Below, piece after piece: positions 34,161 to 35,421 of a DNA stretch of 35,421 nucleotides. Origin of the DNA: an uncultured Bacilli bacterium. Its GTDB lineage: Bacteria > Bacillota_I > Bacilli_A > RF39 > UBA660. The notes under the pieces are model-generated. The model was not told the DNA's origin, searched no databases, and saw only the letters and a list, made by a program, of their open reading frames with translations. Each line of letters begins with the position of its first letter. Position 1 is the stretch's first letter. The position numbers were made by a program, and so were the translations under genes. The stretch lies in contig CANRBD010000001.1 of assembly GCA_947628765.1 (NCBI GenBank), positions 1 through 35,421 on the forward strand. The letters run 5' to 3'.

Positions 34161-34230
34161 AAACAAACCTCCTTTATAGATTCATTATAATTTTATTTTA
34201 TTTATTTGTCAATTTTGACTTTCCTATTAT

Positions 34231-34254
34231 ACAAAAAAACTGTTTTCACAGTTT
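34231..34254 (-). terminator. Rho-independent terminator after tsf
   Basis: Stem AAACTGT (34237-34243) / ACAGTTT (34248-34254) with loop TTTC. TTTTTTGT follows on the minus strand. Confidence 0.7.
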
Positions 34255-35127
34255 TTATGCTTTCATTTGTTTAGCTACTTCTTCAGCAAAGTTTTCTTCT
34301 CTTTTTTGCATACCTTCGCCAACTTCATAACGATACATAGCGGTAATTTTGCCACCATTATTTTTAACAAATGTTTTAACATTGATATCGCTATCTTTAA
34401 CAAATGGTTGTTCTTCTAAACAAATTTCTTTATAGAATTTTTGAATTCGACCTTGAACCATTTTTTCAGCAATTTCCTTTGGTTTGCCTTCATTCATAGC
34501 TTGTTCAGTTAAAATTTCTTTTTCTCTTTGAACTTCTTCCTCTGGTACATCTTCTATAGCCACATAAGTAGGTCGCATTGCAGCGGCATGCATAGCTACA
34601 TCTTTAGCCACTTCTTCGCTAGCATCTTCTACTACCGTAAGCACGGCAATTTTACCACCCATATGAATATATTCACCAAAGGCTTCATTGTCTTTTTTAG
34701 TTACTTTAGAAAATCTTCTAAAACTTAACTTTTCGCCAATTTTTGCCGTTTTTTGCGTAATTAATTCATTAACAGTACTATCATCTACTTTAAGATTTAA
34801 AGCCTCTTCTAAAGTTTTAGCATCACTTTTGATAATAGTTTTTAATAAAGTATCTACTAAACTAGTAAATTCAGCATTTTTAGCAACGAAATCAGTTTCC
34901 GCATTCATTTCTAAAATAACCGCATCATTACCATCTACTAAGATTGCCGCTAGTCCTTCAGCAGCAATTCTATCAGCCTTTTTAGCAGCTTTAGAAATAC
35001 CCTGTTCTCTTAACCAATCAGCGGCTTCATCGATATTTCCATTAGTAGCTTCTAAGGCTTTTTTGCAGTCCATCATACCGGCACCAGTTTTTTCTCTTAA
35101 TTCTTTTACTAAACTTGCACTTATCAT
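34255..35127 (-). CDS. tsf: Translation elongation factor Ts
   Basis: N-terminal UBA-like [20 protein letters not shown]. 290 aa of EF-Ts-like sequence throughout. RBS AAAGGAGGA. Confidence 0.95.
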   Translation of the reverse strand: MISASLVKELREKTGAGMMDCKKALEATNGNIDEAADWLREQGISKAAKKADRIAAEGLAAILVDGNDAVILEMNAETDFVAKNAEFTSLVDTLLKTIIKSDAKTLEEALNLKVDDSTVNELITQKTAKIGEKLSFRRFSKVTKKDNEAFGEYIHMGGKIAVLTVVEDASEEVAKDVAMHAAAMRPTYVAIEDVPEEEVQREKEILTEQAMNEGKPKEIAEKMVQGRIQKFYKEICLEEQPFVKDSDINVKTFVKNNGGKITAMYRYEVGEGMQKREENFAEEVAKQMKA

Positions 35128-35151
35128 ATTTTATCCTCCTTTTTTATTTAA

Positions 35152-35175
35152 AAAAGATGATTAATATCATCTTTT
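35152..35175 (-). terminator. Intercistronic hairpin upstream of tsf (attenuator or processing site; weak terminator)
   Basis: Perfect 10-bp stem AAAAGATGAT / ATCATCTTTT with loop TAAT. Only a short T tract follows on the minus strand. Confidence 0.4.
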
Positions 35176-35179
35176 ATTC

Positions 35180-35421
35180 TTAATTTAACGCTTCAATAAG
35201 CTCAGCTTTTTTCATTGTAGAATAACCTTTAATAGCTTTAGCTTTAGCCATTTCACGAAGTTCAGCTACAGTTTTAGCAGATAAATCTACTTTTTCGGCT
35301 TTTTTAGGGGTAGCTTTTTCTTCTTTCTTAGGTTCTTCTTTAATTTCAGCTTTTTCTTCTTTTTTAGTATTTTCAGATGATTTATTATTTACTTTTTTAT
35401 CTTTATTAAATTTTGGTTTTC
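35180..35421 (-). CDS. 3' end of a CDS entering from the right edge: Lys/Glu-rich linker plus Rho_N/SAP-like helix-hairpin module (possibly an extended ribosomal protein S2)
   Basis: Hand translation of the minus strand gives ...KPKFNKDKKVNNKSSENTKKEEKAEIKEEPKKEEKATPKKAEKVDLSAKTVAELREMAKAKAIKGYSTMKKAELIEALN*, with stop at 35180-35182. It is not in the ORF track because no start lies in the window. The rpsB identity is only inferred from the position upstream of tsf. Confidence 0.6.
   Translation of the reverse strand, partial: KPKFNKDKKVNNKSSENTKKEEKAEIKEEPKKEEKATPKKAEKVDLSAKTVAELREMAKAKAIKGYSTMKKAELIEALN

Noticed and set aside
34688-35164. 158-aa plus-strand ORF antisense to tsf
   Set aside because: EF-Ts is unambiguous on the minus strand. 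The antisense ORF is Ser/Leu/Ala-rich with no start context.
1-35421. Possibility of a Mollicutes-type genetic code (TGA = Trp), given the very AT-rich sequence
   Set aside because: TGA terminates several well-defined genes, for example sufD at 8803-8805 and the ATGA overlaps at 18448-18451 and 18927-18930. All conserved proteins are full length under code 11, with Trp encoded by TGG.
1-35421. CRISPR arrays, IS elements, integrases, prophage or toxin-antitoxin pairs
   Set aside because: No intergenic region exceeds about 270 nt and no spaced direct repeats were seen. No ORF shows transposase (DDE), tyrosine/serine recombinase, phage structural or typical TA motifs. The Bro-N gene alone is insufficient to call a prophage.

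Overview
Visibly AT-rich chromosomal segment from a low-GC Gram-positive (Bacillota-type) bacterium. It uses the standard bacterial code: TGA acts as a stop, for example in the ATGA stop/start overlaps at 18448-18451 and 18927-18930. I call 38 complete and 2 edge-truncated protein genes, mostly on the minus strand, plus 2 tRNAs and many clean rho-independent terminators. There is no CRISPR array, rRNA, transposase or integrase.

Most of the content is housekeeping:
- Central metabolism and folate: phosphoketolase, Fhs.
- Envelope and secretion: YlbL/SepM-type protease, Ddl, Ffh, UppS-CdsA-RseP.
- Fe-S and sulfur: sufC, a short sufB/D-like gene and sufS, plus a NifS/IscS-type desulfurase.
- Other: dCMP deaminase, MutL, EF-Ts, a NatAB/YhaQP-like ABC exporter.
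- YlbJ and a CotD-like Cys/His-rich protein suggest an endospore-forming lineage.

I could not recognise an obvious multi-gene novel system such as a defence island. These are the most unusual things I can support from the sequence:
1. A split type IV filament locus (4930-7565): two prepilin-like genes lie divergent from a lone GspE/PilB-type ATPase. The ATPase carries a ~150-aa Pro/Gln/Thr-rich C-terminal tail containing an 81-nt tandem duplication.
2. A translationally coupled operon (17026-20042) of desulfurase, deaminase, thioredoxin and an exported thioredoxin fused to a CcdA/DsbD-like membrane domain.
3. A small accessory islet (24176-28159). It holds a DUF1848-like protein with a C-terminal CX3CX2C motif and a decayed 48-nt copy of part of that gene. 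It also holds a protein gene packed between tRNA-Leu(GAG) and tRNA-Thr(CGU), and a Bro-N/DinD-like gene whose promoter overlaps a good LexA (Cheo) box.
4. Broken core synteny: tsf is separated from uppS-cdsA-rseP by a terminator-insulated unknown gene where pyrH-frr normally sit.
5. The gene upstream of tsf ends in a Lys/Glu-rich linker plus a Rho_N/SAP-like module.

All family assignments come from motif recognition by eye and memory, not from database searches. Several start codons were moved from the ORF track to downstream ATGs that have proper RBSs.
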